64,000 nt of DNA from Phoronis australis (taxonomy: Eukaryota; Animalia; Phoronida): contig NMRA01000050.1 of NCBI GenBank assembly GCA_002633005.1, positions 615,679 through 679,678 on the forward strand, written 5' to 3'. Under the pieces are notes generated by a model, which saw only the letters and a program-made list of their open reading frames with translations, was not told where the DNA came from and did no database searches. A program made the translations under genes and the position numbers. This document shows, one piece after another, positions 44,765 through 58,782 of the stretch; the stretch's first letter is position 1, and each line of letters starts with the position of its first letter.

Positions 44765-47358
44765 CTTGACACGGCATTGATGCCGCTTTAAATGACTGAA
44801 AATGTACAGTTTCAGTTCAATGGTCTGCTGCTAGCTACGAACTGCATGCGTTCAACAGAAGGCTGAAACTTGATCGCGATGATGTGACGTCAATTTTCAT
44901 CTGTTCATACTAACTGGAATAAAAACAACAAACACTTCGATTCTTATTAGCACTGGACCGTGCATTGAAGTTGTCGGAGTTCTCACAACGACTAATATCT
45001 CAACAGTTATTCAATGAATCTTGCCTTTAAATCTGCACACGTGTCCACGTTTCCCGGGTTTTGGAAAGCCACTTAAGGTGTGCTTGATTCGTGCATAAAC
45101 ACTACCCGCAAAATTGAAATGGACGTTAACAACTTGTAATGGACAAGTTTAACATATCCACAATCCTATATGTACACAAATCTATGTCACATAAGAATAC
45201 ATTCACAGCCTACTTCAATTCATACGTCACCAAGTACAAATGTTATTTGACAATGGTGAGATACAAATTCCAGAATTTTCAGAACAAAAAACCCGTAAAA
45301 CATTTTAACACGGTGCATGCCCTTTTGACTTCTTTCAAGAAGGTTATACGTGGAAGTTATTGTAGAGATATGACTTGTATGAATTCCAACATTTGAAGAA
45401 TATACGAGATGTTTGAGCAGTGCTCCAAGCCAGCCATAGACTGCGAACAATCCACGGCCATCATGAGTTGACAATGCAAAGTATTCAATGAAGTAGTTCG
45501 GCATAACTCCTCATGCGTAGCCATAATCAATACTGGCAAGACTAATTAAGGTGAGGTCACTCGGTGCAGTAAAACGCCCGACATGCTCATCAAAGGAAAC
45601 GCATGGTATTGTTACAATGGCATGTCGGTCAACAAATGATTTTCGACATGAGGATGCTGAACAACATCGGGTCTGGCATGCGTCTATAGAAATACACTCA
45701 TCAAGTGGGGAGCGGCGTTTGAAACCACCTGGACGAACAAATAGGCCGTAAAATGCCAAGTGCGGTCACAGCAAAGAGGGCCTGGGGATGGGGGATGTGA
45801 GTGAATGTTTACAAACCATTGCTGAGCCATTGAAGAAATATCCGAATGCTGACGATTGTAGGCTTACATGGGGGAAGTGTTTTCATTTAGCTTAAACTAT
45901 TTAGTCCGCTATTCCTAGATCGTTCACATTTCTTCTAAATCTGTTTGATAAGAGTAACTAAATGAACATGTACACATTTCTAAACAACACGCAATGCACA
46001 GTTGTGAATTGACAACCACGAGGGCAAAATATCTAATGCATAAGTTTCATCAAGGCACTTCTCAATTAACAAACCAAGGATCAAGTCTCACGGATAGCTC
46101 TATTCCATTGACATACGTCATATCAAAAAATCTCCTGCAAGGCCAATACATGTACATGCAACGAATCCAGCTGATTTATTTCACGGAGCCTGCATAAAAG
46201 TCGCAGTTAACACATGAACAATAGAGGAAGCTAATCTCACCAGTTGATCCAAAGCGAGGCTACAGGTCAATCATTGACGGAATCGTATACTTGCATTTTA
46301 TTCAAGTCCAGAAATGATTCCATTATCTGTTCCTTTAACTCTGGATGAAGGATGTAGAAGACAAAAACTGCAGTCGTCACTGTATTCTTTTCCATTAATG
46401 AGCGTATCTAATGCAAGGGGGACTTCATAACAATAAACTACCACAGCGCAAATTAATCATCGACCTCGATCCAACGATATTTACTTTTGATAACAGCCGT
46501 CGTATCTAGGCTTCTGACGTTCAGTAAACCTAAATATACTAAAATGAAAACAGGTCACTAGTTTTGCCCTTCTAATCATCCATAGGCTACAGATGTGTTG
46601 TGATTATGAAGCGTCATCGCGAGATTAGACTTTCGTGCAGTATATATATATGTACAAAAATAGGCGGTTTTACTCATCAAGACCTAAACGCTATTGGAAA
46701 AATAAATCTGCCCTGTAACATTACATGCAGACCTATCTCATCTGTTAATTAAAAATCAACTACCAAAGTGTCAACTCCTTCAAAAAATGCAATGGCCGAA
46801 AAGTCATTTTGGAATTCAGAATTGCCCTACATTAAATATCCCCGGGACAAAATGTACCGCTTTGTAACAAAGAGTCGACTATAGACCTTAATCGTTGCTT
46901 GCAGAATAATCCTACGGCGATATGAACGTTTAGTAATCCGATAGAGTAGAAGAATACAACAAATGCGAACGTTCTCCAATGACTCAAAAAGCCAACAGAC
47001 ATTTTAAATAAGGGTTACACAGCACCTTTTTACTGTTTGCTTGTCAACTTCAGCTCACACAAAAGTATTTTAAAAAAATGTTATCAGAGAAAGAACAAAA
47101 GAATTGTAAACCATGCCTTGGTGAATTAGTACGCGTTTTCTGACAGAGCAGGCATGGTAAAACAGAATAACGTAACGGGAATGCTTAGAATAAGTTCCCA
47201 GTTTATCTGACCAACTGAATCTTGTAGCACAAAATGATGACTTGTTGTGAAAAGGAACTTTCAAAATATGACAAAAAAGAAAATCTGCTATAAGCATGTT
47301 CAAAGCAGAAAAACGCTCGGAAATATTTTAAGTTTATTCACGACAAAACAAAATCAGT

Positions 47359-47366
47359 ACTTACCT
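47359..47366 (-). other. Perfect splice donor (AG|GTAAGT), possibly ending a 5' UTR exon of the LYPD6-like gene
   Basis: acttacct on the + strand. The A-rich + strand skew from about 31 to 48 kb suggests minus-strand transcription. No transcript evidence. Confidence 0.25.
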
Positions 47367-49060
47367 ACAAGTAGGGCATATGGCTGACGTCAAATTTTGT
47401 CCGCTGCTTACCAAGTAATCCCAAAGCGGGGCAGCTTCTATGTGTAAGTACTCATTTGCGGAGTGAAGTGGTGAAACTTGTGTTGGCACAACTAAAGTGT
47501 TCAGTACAAAAAGATGTCTAATAAATACATGATCTCAATACTTCAGTGCGTGACAAATAGTACTTGATAGTTCTTGTACTACCTGAATAGATTAAGTGCC
47601 CGGATAGTAGACGGTCACATAATTCATTCAATAGGTAGGATGCAATGTGCGTACGATTGTGTATAAAATGTGATCAACGACTGAAGAGGGGATGATGGGG
47701 TGGGAGTTGTTCAGTCATCAAACAAACGGCTGTCAGCGAATGGCGTGCCTGCCGTGTCATAGTGTAATTAGCGCTGCTACAGCCATTGACATGTTGGCAT
47801 CGACATGATATGATGAGCGTTCACTTTGCATGTACCGAGACGCAAAATGTCGCTTGATTAGAGCACTTTTCAAGAGAACCCAATAAAATAAAAATGGCTA
47901 GAAATCAAACTTGATTATTAAGATACAGTTGACCAATTTTATTTTGCGAATTTTAAAAAGTTCCTAGAATATGTGTTACTTAGTTAGGAAAAGCGAAGTT
48001 TGGCCCTGATCCTGTGACCCTGGTATTCGTGCACAATAGGTGGTTAATTTTAAACACTGACGTTCACGTTGGCCTTGGATTTGTTTATACCACATTTTAC
48101 TATATCCAGTCATTCCAAAACTTGTAATGCAGTCTTATTCAATAAAAGCAAATTACAAGCCTGAAGAAGTCGCAAAAATGTGGAACAAACGCGTTACAAC
48201 AGGATCATCGCCATCTATTGACAGTCGGGAAAAACATCTAGCATCTTTTGAATGAGCCACACTAACTAGCGTGTGTTATACTACCTATATCGAAGGTACA
48301 GGATTTACAGGCAGGCAAAGGGGACAATTGCCAAAGTCGCCCTCCGGGAGAGGATCTCTCTGAGAGAGGCTCCTTAATATGAAAAGACATGTAATTACAT
48401 AAAGCAGGAAAATAGCGACAACTGGCTTCATCATCTGAGCCTGCTGAAAAAAAGGTGAACGCTTGAAATGAAAAGATGTATAATTGACAGAAACAGAAAT
48501 TAAAGAGCAGCAATTGATTATCGCCCTCCCTTTGAGAGCGGACTCTTTTAACGTGAAAAGATTTACAATTCCAAACAGAGGAAAAAACAACAGCCGAGTG
48601 TGGACTCATTGAATGTCAAAGATTTACTATTTCAAAAACAACCCAAATAAATAACGGCAGTTGACGTCTTCTTCTTTGCCATCATATTTAATGTTTCGAA
48701 AATTGTACATTTAAAATATTCATCGTTATTATTTACATGTATTTCCTTTCCGTTCTCAACAAGACATTCGCTTCATTGTAAATTAAAAAGCCAACATTTA
48801 CGCTAATAGTGTACAACATGACAATTAGGGCCTACACATATCAAAACAGGGTAAAATTTTATCCCGCTGTCATCGCTTTTTTAATTTGTTGTTAATAGTA
48901 TCATAGCCTATAGTAGGGCCTACATGGACCGCCAACTCCGCATATTTTCAATGGACGACAACTGTGATCTTACGCAGAAGCTCTGACGTCATTATTTTAA
49001 CTAGCGACATCTGTCAGATATAGCACGGTTTATTTCCGGCAAGTGCGTAGTCTGCTAATC

Positions 49061-49260
49061 ATGGTATGCTGTTATGTGGTCGGGTGTTCAACCACAAAGC
49101 CGAAATGTAGAGGACTAAGTTTTCACAGCGACCGCAGACCACACAACCTGCTACGAGAGCAAAAGCTTATTTCCTGCATGACTATGAAAGGCAGTACTTT
49201 CAAAAAGAACACTTCATTCATTTGTTCAAGACATTTTGATGATAGGCCTACATGTTTTTT
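49061..49260 (+). pseudogene. Degenerate THAP zinc-finger ORF remnant (transposase-derived)
   Basis: MVCCYVVGCSTTKPKCRGLSFH...ICSRHF...CF fits the THAP C2CH pattern, but the conserved P and W are lost. Confidence 0.65.
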
Positions 49261-49664
49261 AAGAAGCTATCGGCCAAGTACTGCTCAATTCTGTCTTCAA
49301 ATATCCATTGTCCATTACTCCTTTTTGATGAAAATTATCTAGTAGTAAATTTTTTGACAAAAATTATCGGGTCCCCCATTTCGCCGATTTCACATCCGTG
49401 TACAAATAAATTGAACGCTCGTAAAACCTTAACATGAACAAAGATCACATTAATACTCCAGAAATAACCGCCTGCTCAAAATCTATCTCGCACTCCTACA
49501 ACAGTTTACATACTCATTTTAAGGTCGAATGTATGCCGCACAAAATCTGTGGACCATCTTAGTCAAGTACATTGAAGTCTATGAAAATACCGGCAACTAA
49601 CCCGAGTTTCGCCTTCTTTGCAAACATGGAACAGGACCATCAAAGACGTGTGAAGGTTGTTTAT

Positions 49665-51487
49665 GGACCTAATTTTCACGCGGCGGACATTAAAGTCCAA
49701 AGCGAGGCTCACTGCGATGAACAAAGCGGAAGTAGACAATTAGTGAGTTAAATGGCCGGTCTTTTGAGTCCAACCTGGATATTAAATCTTAAAATTGTGT
49801 CGATAATTAACCACAGAGACGTAGATAAATACATTAGAGAACAAGTCAATGCACCAAAGAGTTGTCTGACGAAAGGGTATATATTTTTTCCGGAAACTAG
49901 GTTCGAAACATGGAAAGTAAATATGACCAAATTGCGGCGGTCGTAGTGTTACGGATTAGGTATTATACTGAATACATGGTTACGTTTCTTCTTGTAAATT
50001 GTTGATAAAAATGCTTTCTACACGAACCAGGTCATCTGCTCGTATTGTTGACGAGTTGAACATATCTTCATCAGTGGTGGCTCATCGCATTTTGCTGTCA
50101 TGAGCAATTAGTCACATCTGATTTAATTTGTTGATCAAGAATATTAACATCAATAGCCTAGGTCCTGATGAGGTAGGGACTACCGGGACTAACAGTTGAT
50201 TTATCAGTGATCTGAAAGAATAATTGATGTCATTAAATGTATTTTTTATTAAAATAAAAACCGGGCTCGTAAAGATTGAAAATAAAAATTATTTGACTAT
50301 CAGTTCTGCTTTCTTGGTTTTAATAATTCTTGCGTCTATTTCATGTGTTAGATTTCAAATATTAATCTTGACCAAGTTGAATTTTAAAATCACCTAATTC
50401 GTTCGTTTTAGAGCTCCATTTCAGTTAACTGGACAGAGAGCAAGCATTGTTATATTTCCGTCAGGGGCCTCGTTCATCCGAGGGGTAAGGTGCCTGTGCC
50501 TTCTGAGAGGCAAGGGATTTCTTTCGCCGAGTGAGGGAAAAATCTACCTCCCGATCATCATCAATAGCACCCCCGCCCTGTTGCAAGCTCTCATAGGCTC
50601 TAGGCTCTGTCTCAAGTAGCATTTTGTGCTCTTTCAAATTGTCACCTGTGTGGTTACAAGTGATTTGAACTGCGGAGAGAAATGTTCAATCATTAGAGGA
50701 ATTTTTAGCCCTCGTGTGGGGGGAATTTCGAGTGAGTTTTCAATATTTTTGAGAGGGGAATAGCAGTGGCCTATTTAGGGGGGGGGGGCAAGGGGCCATG
50801 CCCCCCTCAATAGTGCACATAATACTTGGAAGGTCTGGGTACGAATTGCTGACTAGCATATGCGCAAACCCAGGGGAGCTCGGGGGCGAATGCACAATGC
50901 ATAGGCCTTGAACAAACCCCGTTTAACGTTTTTTTAGTAAAAAGGTCCACAAACCCAAAAATTTCGAGACCCCTGCATCCCTACATTTTAGGCTGGGCGC
51001 GCGCGCATGTTGCGCAAATTCTGGTTATTAGTTTGCCTGACCCCCCAACTCAAAATCCTGGATGCGCGGCCCCTGAATAGAGCCGATATTCGGCCACAAA
51101 ATTGAAGGATTGAGGGCCCTGTCCTTTTTGAGAAGAAATATGCACCATGTTTCAAGCCGTAATCATGAAAACACAGCCTGGATGGCCAAAGATTCTCCGG
51201 TCGCCGGTTGCTATGATGCTTGGCAACCCGGATGCGACAAAATATGATCTAACTGTTCGAAAACATTCATCAATTTTACAGGGACATGTTTTTCTTCGTC
51301 GCAGCGTATGGCAACAACCCAACGCTTCCGAATCTCAACGTCCTTAGGTATTGTAAACCAGACAGTTGAGTGTCCGTATTTTTTAGAGCCGTTCGAGCAA
51401 CGCGGAACAAATATGCCGATAAGCCAACAGAGCTATCGTATCGAGCCTGGTTTTGGAACCCGCCTCCTGTCGGCGTGAATTAGGTCT
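49665..51487. mobile_element. ISL2EU-like non-autonomous DNA transposon, copy A (AT TSD; convergent ORF remnants incl. minus-strand THAP)
   Basis: at|GGACCTAATTTTCACGCGG...CGGCGTGAATTAGGTCT|at. Minus-strand remnant near 51290-51415 reads VPRCSN...FTIPKDVEIRKRWVVAIR. Plus-strand remnant reads DVDKYIREQVNAPKSCLTKGYIFF. Colinear with copy B. Confidence 0.65.
50764..51075. mobile_element. hAT-like MITE (CAGTGGCC...GGCCCCTG, 5-bp TSD AATAG) nested in ISL2EU-like copy A
   Basis: aatag at 50759-50763 and 51076-51080. The empty site ggggaacagggccgatattcg is present in copy B near 61540. Confidence 0.8.
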
Positions 51488-52626
51488 ATATAGTATAATG
51501 TCAAATTTTTGTAATCGGACAAATGATTTTTAAATTTTCGCCTGAAGTCCTAATATTTCTAAGCTGGCTTCCAAACGAACATGTAATGACAAAAACAAAA
51601 TTCTTCAACCGGTTTTGTAAAATCCTATACCAGCTCTACATAATGAACCAATCCGTCTCCTAATGCAACAAAAGAGTCCCGTTCTGAAATACTGGATCGG
51701 TCTGCTAACGCAACCTCGTGAAAACTGTCACACAAAAACTCGCGAGATATTGCTTCGTGTTACAAGCAAACAATGTAACGGGAGTGGTGGGGACGTGGGG
51801 CTGACATGCTTTTTAAATTTCATGGAATATTTTCATGTGGCATTTGTATGGTTTCGATATTTATGTGAGATGTCAACTCAGATCAAGCGGTTTAAAAGTC
51901 CAGATTTTTACTTTGTATGAACTTCAGTCGCACTGCACGTAGGCCCCTAATCTGTTATGAATTTTCCGTAGTTTGCTACAGACAGGCCCATTTGTACAAA
52001 AAACTCGCAGCGCTGAGAAACGTCTACACAAATTACACCGAAGCAGCTCTTGGTTTAGACAAGGGCCTCCTTTTTTAAGTTCGGTCAGCTATAAATAACG
52101 CCACAGACTTAGAAGTTCAGCGAAGCACTTCTCCCTTACAAATGTGGCAATCCCTGGCCTCGGAAAACTTGAGCAACCGGCAAAAATGTTAATGATGAAA
52201 TCTCGGGGGATGATAATCACCCACTTTGTTTGTTTACTTCATCTACACAATTTGAAATAGAAGTTAAAATGAACCCATTCGAGTAAGCACCATGTGGGTA
52301 ACACCAATATGGTAGTACACAACAAGCTCAAGTTGCAGTCAAATCAGGGTGGGCATCAATAAGGAAATTTACTGTATCAACAGACTGGCCAAAAGTAAGA
52401 TCCAAAACGTTGCTACAGTGCACACATGCACAATAACTGGGTTTATCATTTTACCGCCGTGAGTGCATGACTGAGCTAATAAGATCACCAATGACGCAAA
52501 GGTTTTCGAAAACACGCCCGATTCTTACGGAGTCCTGTTGCTGTGCTATTTATTTTCAAAAATTTATAGCGTTACAATTAATTTATTTTCTGTTCAACCC
52601 AATGAGGCAGTTCGTCTAAATGCATT

Positions 52627-53070
52627 TTTATTAGTTTAGTTTATTGTCAACATTTAAAGCCTTGGTCCACATAATACATAAAATTTACAAGATAGCACTG
52701 AGCGGCTTTTCCCTGAGGGCAGTGGCATGAAATACAAATTTCATTAGATTAATTTGAGCAATAGGTCCGACATTTTCATTACCTTTACAAATTTATGTTT
52801 ATTTTGTTCACGCCAGCATCACTCAGGTTTAATTGCGATTCTCAGAGAACAGTACTTTTTACAAAATATGAAATGGTATTCGTCTTCAATTAGGGACACA
52901 CCGAAACAACACACGCGGTATGTTGGTCCACAGGAGCATGTCTACCTTTCTCTATCATCAAGTTATGATTGGAGCAACGCAAATTAGCCATAACTGTTTT
53001 AAAAAAAGAAAATTTGAATATCACGCAACAGATAGGATTCCATTTCAAAATCAATTTTAAATGAGGAGTA
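52627..53070 (-). mobile_element. Non-LTR retrotransposon 3' fragment (ORF2 C-terminus, RTEX/L2-like) with AATAAA-type tail
   Basis: Minus-strand MANLRCSNHNLMIEKGRH and IEDEYHFIFCKKYCSLR motifs; tail caataaactaaactaataaaaa. Confidence 0.7.
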
Positions 53071-53710
53071 TGTACTAAGTTTTGAGCTATTCTCCACAGC
53101 AAAGCTCCAATCTTGTAAAAAACAATCTTTATATGCGCTAACTGCGAAGCGATACCGAAGCTAGTTTACAGTGAAACAACACGTGTAGTTGAGATAAATA
53201 TAGATTATTACATGGCGAAGTCGTTATCCCCCGTTATCTAGAGCCCGAGTGGATTTTGGAGAATTATCGCCCGAGGGGCGTTAGTCCCGACCATGACCTT
53301 TTAAGAAAAGCCGGGCTATTTTTGTCAAATAATGCTTTTACTCAAAACCAATTGAAAACTTAAATATAATAGAAATAAACTGAATTGATAAATTAAGGTT
53401 TACCAACTATTATAGCTTAAAACACGTTTTTTCACGCTAAGCTTCGACCGGGAAATTATCGTCTGCTAAAGTAGGTTACAACTGGTAACTGAATATAATT
53501 CTCAAGTCAAAGATCCTGACGACACGATACCCGCATTCAAACTGGAGATCGGTGATTTAAAAGTAAGAGGACATGAGAGAAAAATTTCACTGAATTAAGA
53601 TATCATTTTTATGGAAATTATGTGTCTTATTTTTCGTAGCGTATACGTACAGTACAATGCGGTTTGTTGAACGTGCGATTATTGCGCGTGCTCATTTAAG
53701 TATTCTATCA

Positions 53711-53905
53711 AGGAGTGTAGTAGTATAGGAGAGTTCACTTGTGAGTTCGCTGTTACCGCTACTACTAGCGCCGCCAAGTGNNNNNNNNNNNNNNNNNNNN
53801 NNNNNNNNNNNNNNNNNNNNNNNNNNGGGGGGGGGGCCCGGGCCCCCTGGGCCCCCCCCTAAATCCGCCTATGAGGTCCCGGGTTCGACTCCGTCCTCGG
53901 TTTCC
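53711..53905 (+). mobile_element. Possible tRNA-derived SINE head interrupted by a GC-rich MITE and a gap
   Basis: B-box-like aggtcccgggttcgactcc at about 53874-53892; MITE end ccccctaaatccgcctatg immediately upstream. Confidence 0.3.
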
Positions 53906-54649
53906 CGCCAAATCGTTATCTCACTAGTGAGATAACGTTATGGGTTATTACACGGTTGTATCTGCCATTTGACGCTAATATTGTGGTATAAAAGGTCATA
54001 TATATTATGACAAACTAAACTACTACAGATATCAGAAACAAAAGTTATACAACATGTTGAACTGTAAAGGTGGGTGACAATCTGCCTCCAATGAAGGTAT
54101 ACACAAGTGGTGAGTAGTAAGTTAAGAAACAATATGCGGAAGCATAACAGCAACACCGGGGCAGCGACATATGAAATTTGAGGATAACAGAGAAAGAAAG
54201 AAATTTGGTTTGAGGGAGGGAGGGAGGAAGGGAAAGAGAAATTGAGTGAAAAATGAAAGTTGGAGCGAATTGTGGTGGATGGCCCAGTGTTGCAACAAGA
54301 CAAAGAGATCACGTGGTACAATTGAACCAATAATCGTAAAACAAAGAGGGTCACTGACCTGAGGATCCAAACAATATGATAATGAGGATGAGGCAGTATA
54401 GCTTTCATAAAATAATTTAATGCTTAAATAGTTTTTATATGCGCTAACTGCGAAGCGATACCGAAGCTAGTTTACAGTGAAACAACACGTGTAGTTGAGT
54501 AATTCGGCGCTCAAAAATGACAAGAAAAGATGCTTCGCAGCCAGCTCCCTGACCGTGCCATACCAATCAAAACCAATATCTTTGCAGCAAATTCCTAGCA
54601 ATTTTTCTCACCAACATCATCCAATGTGACAAGCGTGTCATAGACTGAT

Positions 54650-55200
54650 TTTAGATTTCGATGTTGCTGGCATTTTTAAAAATTTAAACCAATACTTGAT
54701 CAGTTTAACAAATAAATTGGACACCTTCCCAGTTCTCCCAGGACATCATGATTTGAACAGTTACTTCCAACTCCCAGCAGTTGCTTACGCACTCGATACT
54801 CGAATATTCTTTAAATGCTCAAATCTCACTGCTATAGATAATGATTGGGCCCAACATTTTGTCAAAATTCAACTTTCGATGACCAATCCTACGCGCTCAA
54901 TACAGAGGCCCTCTCAATGAGGATAGTTCTTCAGGAACTGCATGATAATTTCTTAAGACTCCTCCCACGATTCACGCTCGTTCGAATCCGCATTTTTCTC
55001 TTCAAATTCATGGAACACAACATTGTAACGGCGTGACCGGTTCTCTAGCTCTTCAACGTTAGATTTAAGCTGTATCACTAGACCATGTAACAGCGCGTTC
55101 TCTTCGCGTGCGGTTTCTAGAGATTACCGTAGAGACTCAATTTCAGAAGTTACCTTCTCAACTTTTCATCAACCAAGTGGAAAATCTGTCTGTTGCTTAC
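54650..55200 (-). mobile_element. Decayed LINE ORF1 (coiled-coil/RRM type) fragment
   Basis: Minus-strand ARE..LL..LKSNVEELENRSRRYNVVFHEFEE resembles the LENRSRRNN(L/I) motif of LINE ORF1 proteins; multiple stops. Confidence 0.6.
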
Positions 55201-55384
55201 ATCCTTCGATGCCCCTGCGCTTTGTTTAGGACTCGTGTAACCGGCCTGGCACTAGGTGTGTCAACTGGCATGATTGATACCACGTAATACTTCTAATTCA
55301 ATGTCAAGTAGAGGACACGGCCTTCAGATCAGGTACAGTACAAAACAATCACAAAAATGAGACAAACGTGACACTATTCATCTA

Positions 55385-56395
55385 AATGCATTCAACAAGA
55401 TTAATGCATTGTAAAAAAATATGCTCTATCAACGTGAGACAAAACAGTATATCCCTTTCTTAAAAATGGGTTAGAGGTTAGAAACAAAGGACGACAGCGT
55501 ACAGAGTTTTCCCGCATCACTTGCCATGTCTGTTTTCGTCGTGGATTTTGGAGAAGAGCATCAGTCTGACGAAAGCAACACAGAATCGTACCAAGGCGAT
55601 GATTTTCGAACTTAGATTTGTTGTATGTTTTTTCCATACTGTTCAGGATTACTTGTAAATACAGGAACAAGAACTGAACGTGATAACATGATTCGTGACA
55701 ACGTTGCTGAACGGTAACATCTATTTAAGGTGTTACTTAAGTGTCATCGATATTGTCATCTCTCTTTTTATCTAACCTTCCCTGATGAAAACTTGAATGA
55801 AGAGGATCAGTACCTGGTCTTGAGTGAGTACGGTATACTGTGTGATTTATGTTGCTCAATTCTTAGGGAGTGCTGTTACTGCTCTATTTATTGTCAAAAC
55901 TTTATTGTGTTACATTTAATTTATTTTCTGTTAAACTCAATGAAGCCACTTAATATGAATGCATTCATCACAATTAATGCAATGTAAAAACCAAAAGTTA
56001 TGCTCTATCAACATTAGACAAAATCAGTACACCCCTTACTTAAAAAATGGGTTAAAAGTTAGAACCAAAGTACACAAGTTTCCATCACTTGTAACGTCGA
56101 TTCTTGACATTGACGTTGGGGAGGAATATCAGTCTGGCGACAGCAACACGGAATCGTACGAAGGCGATGATTTTTGAAATTTGATTCGTTTTTGTTGTTA
56201 CTTCTGAATCCAAGAACAAAAACTGAAAGAGGCAGGGTTCGTGATAACGTTTGAGAACGGTAACATTTATATAAGGTGTACAACTGTCATCGCGATAATG
56301 TCGTCTCCTCTGGTTTCATCCAACCGTCCCTGATGAAAACTTGAATGCAGAGGACCTTCAGTACTTGAGTGAGCACGGTATACGGTGTGGTATAT
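55385..56395. repeat. Diverged tandem duplication with period about 570 bp (2 copies)
   Basis: atgcattca...ttaatgca...tatgctctatcaac...aaatgggtta...aaggcgatgatttt...ccctgatgaaaacttgaatg occurs from about 55387 and again from about 55959. Confidence 0.75.
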
Positions 56396-57762
56396 GTTGA
56401 ATTATTCAACGGTTCTTTTAAGAACCATTTCACGCTATACCTAAGGCTCATGCAGAGTAAAACCAGCGGCCATTTTAAGGGCCACTCAACACTTCCCAGA
56501 ACTGCTCAGTTGAGAATGTTGAATTATGAACATGCAAAGGTTAAACTAGTCAAATCGTTGCAGAGGCGCATTTTTTTTTTTAATTCGAACAAAATTAATA
56601 TTTTTCTAAACCAAAAACGTGATATAAGTATCTTTTGCATTCACAGTACTCCTCGAAATTTATGCATAAACATGCTTTCGTAGTTTTCGCAGTAGGCCTA
56701 TGCTATGTGAACCATCAATCAAAAACTGTCCGATAACTATGCTGCTATTGATTGGGCAAGCAGACGACATAATCAGTCGGCACCGAAGTTTGAATTTTGT
56801 AATTAACTACCAGTAGCATTGCCAAAAGTACCCACGATACCAACACTTCTACTATTGGAAGACTTTGAACAGCGTTTCAATGCCGAAATTATCATTTATC
56901 GTAATCTATTTTGCCCGGGGTACGCCACGTGCTATGTTGCAGAGTAAAGCAAGAGGAGAATTGCGAATATTGTCATTTATNNNNNNNNNNNNNNNNNNNN
57001 NNNNNNNNNNNNNNNNNNNNNNNNNNNNNNNNNNNNNNNNNNNNNNNNNNNNNNNNNNNNNNNNNNNNNNNNNNNNNNNNNNNNNNNNNNNNNNNNNNNN
57101 NNNNNNNNNNNNNNNNNNNNNNNNNNNNNNNNNNNNNNNNNNNNNNNNNNNNNNNNNNNNNNNNNNNNNNNNNNNNNNNNNNNNNNNNNNNNNNNNNNNN
57201 NNNNNNNNNNNNNNNNNNNNNNNNNNNNNNNNNNNNNNNNNNNNNNNNNNNNNNNNNNNNNNNNNNNNNNNNNNNNNNNNNNNNNNNNNNNNNNNNNNNN
57301 NNNNNNNNNNNNNNNNNNNNNNNNNNNNNNNNNNNNNNNNNNNNNNNNNNNNNNNNNNNNNNNNNNNNNNNNNNNNNNNNNNNNNNNNNNNNNNNNNNNN
57401 NNNNNNNNNNNNNNNNNNNNNNNNNNNNNNNNNNNNNNNNNNNNNNNNNNNNNNNNNNNNNNNNNNNNNNNNNNNNNNNNNNNNNNNNNNNNNNNNNNNN
57501 NNNNNNNNNNNNNNNNNNNNNNNNNNNNNNNNNNNNNNNNNNNNNNNNNNNNNNNNNNNNNNNNNNNNNNNNNNNNNNNNNNNNNNNNNNNNNNNNNNNN
57601 NNNNNNNNNNNNNNNNNNNNNNNNNNNNNNNNNNNNNNNNNNNNNNNNNNNNNNNNNNNNNNNNNNNNNNNNNNNNNNNNNNNNNNNNNNNNNNNNNNNN
57701 NNNNNNNNNNNNNNNNNNNNNNNNNNNNNNNNNNNNNNNNNNNNNNNNNNNNNNNNNNNNNN

Positions 57763-58782
57763 AACATAAAGGTTGGACACTCGAAATCTGTTTGCTCAGA
57801 ATTTTCTACTCAAATGTGCATGGAACTCCACGAAACTAGCATCGGACAACTCTTAGAATACCTTCTTTCATTTGATCTCTTCAAATTGCCTTCGAGTGGT
57901 GATTTGGCGACAAAAATGCCAAAAGAATGCCAAAATCACAAATTCAAGGACCCGATTCCGAGATGTCATGGTAGACGGTCTTCGCACATCCGGGTTTTGA
58001 CCGACGCTCCCGAGCTAAATCCGAAAGTCTAATTTCGCGCGGCTTTCGCCGTCAATCCATCGACTACTTGATCATGAGAAGCAGAAAGCACTTTATTGCC
58101 AAATAAATGTAATTACTCACATATTTGTGTTAAATATAAATTATCCTGATACAGTATTGATATGCAAAGTTTTTTGTGTACTGTGATTTCTTATGAAGGT
58201 TTTATTTTTGGCCAAAACCATTGAGTTAACTCGTCGGCCACGCGCATTGTAATACTTGCACAGGCTGCGTTTTCTGGCCGAGTGTGTGTTGTGCTTCAAT
58301 CAAAAAAGTGCGTGATGTCAAGATGAGAAACAAGATACGCCAGTTTATGCAATAAATTCTAAGTTAAGGGCTAAAATGAGCCGTCAGTGGAATAAATAAG
58401 TTACAAATAATCATTAAAATACTAACTTTAACATTCTCAATTAGTTGAGTTTTGGATTAGAGTTATTGAATTTGAAATATAGGTTGCTTGCTCAAACTTG
58501 AAGTTTCACCTACGTCAGGCGTACAAGTTGAAGCACAACTGAAATCCGCCATGTTTACTATTTCAGGTCCTTGAATTCAGAGTTTTGAGATTGTTTTGGA
58601 AATTCCATCGCCAATTCACCACTCACGAAGACAGTTAATGGGATCTAGGAAAGATAAGGCTTCGAAGGTTTATGCAACACCAGACTGAGGGAGGTGCAAG
58701 CAGATTTTATTTGGATTTTGGACGGTTGAAGTTGGGAGCCTCGGCTTTGCAAAGTTTCAGTGTCCAACCTTTATGTTTTCTT
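57763..58782. mobile_element. Unclassified TIR element; left end truncated by the gap
   Basis: aacataaaggttggacact (57763-57781) is inverted at 58759-58777; a further imperfect inverted match links 57895-57953 and 58566-58624. Confidence 0.65.

Noticed and set aside
45220-45759. Two same-frame minus-strand ORFs separated by one TGA (about 180 codons)
   Set aside because: No recognisable domain or convincing splice structure.
48923-49583. P-element boundaries (CATGGAC...GTCTATG) around the THAP remnant at 49061
   Set aside because: The TIR match is only about 6-7 bp and there is no target-site duplication.
56865-58032. Long ORFs of 264-373 aa in the ORF track
   Set aside because: Artefacts of translating the 782-N gap (56981-57762).
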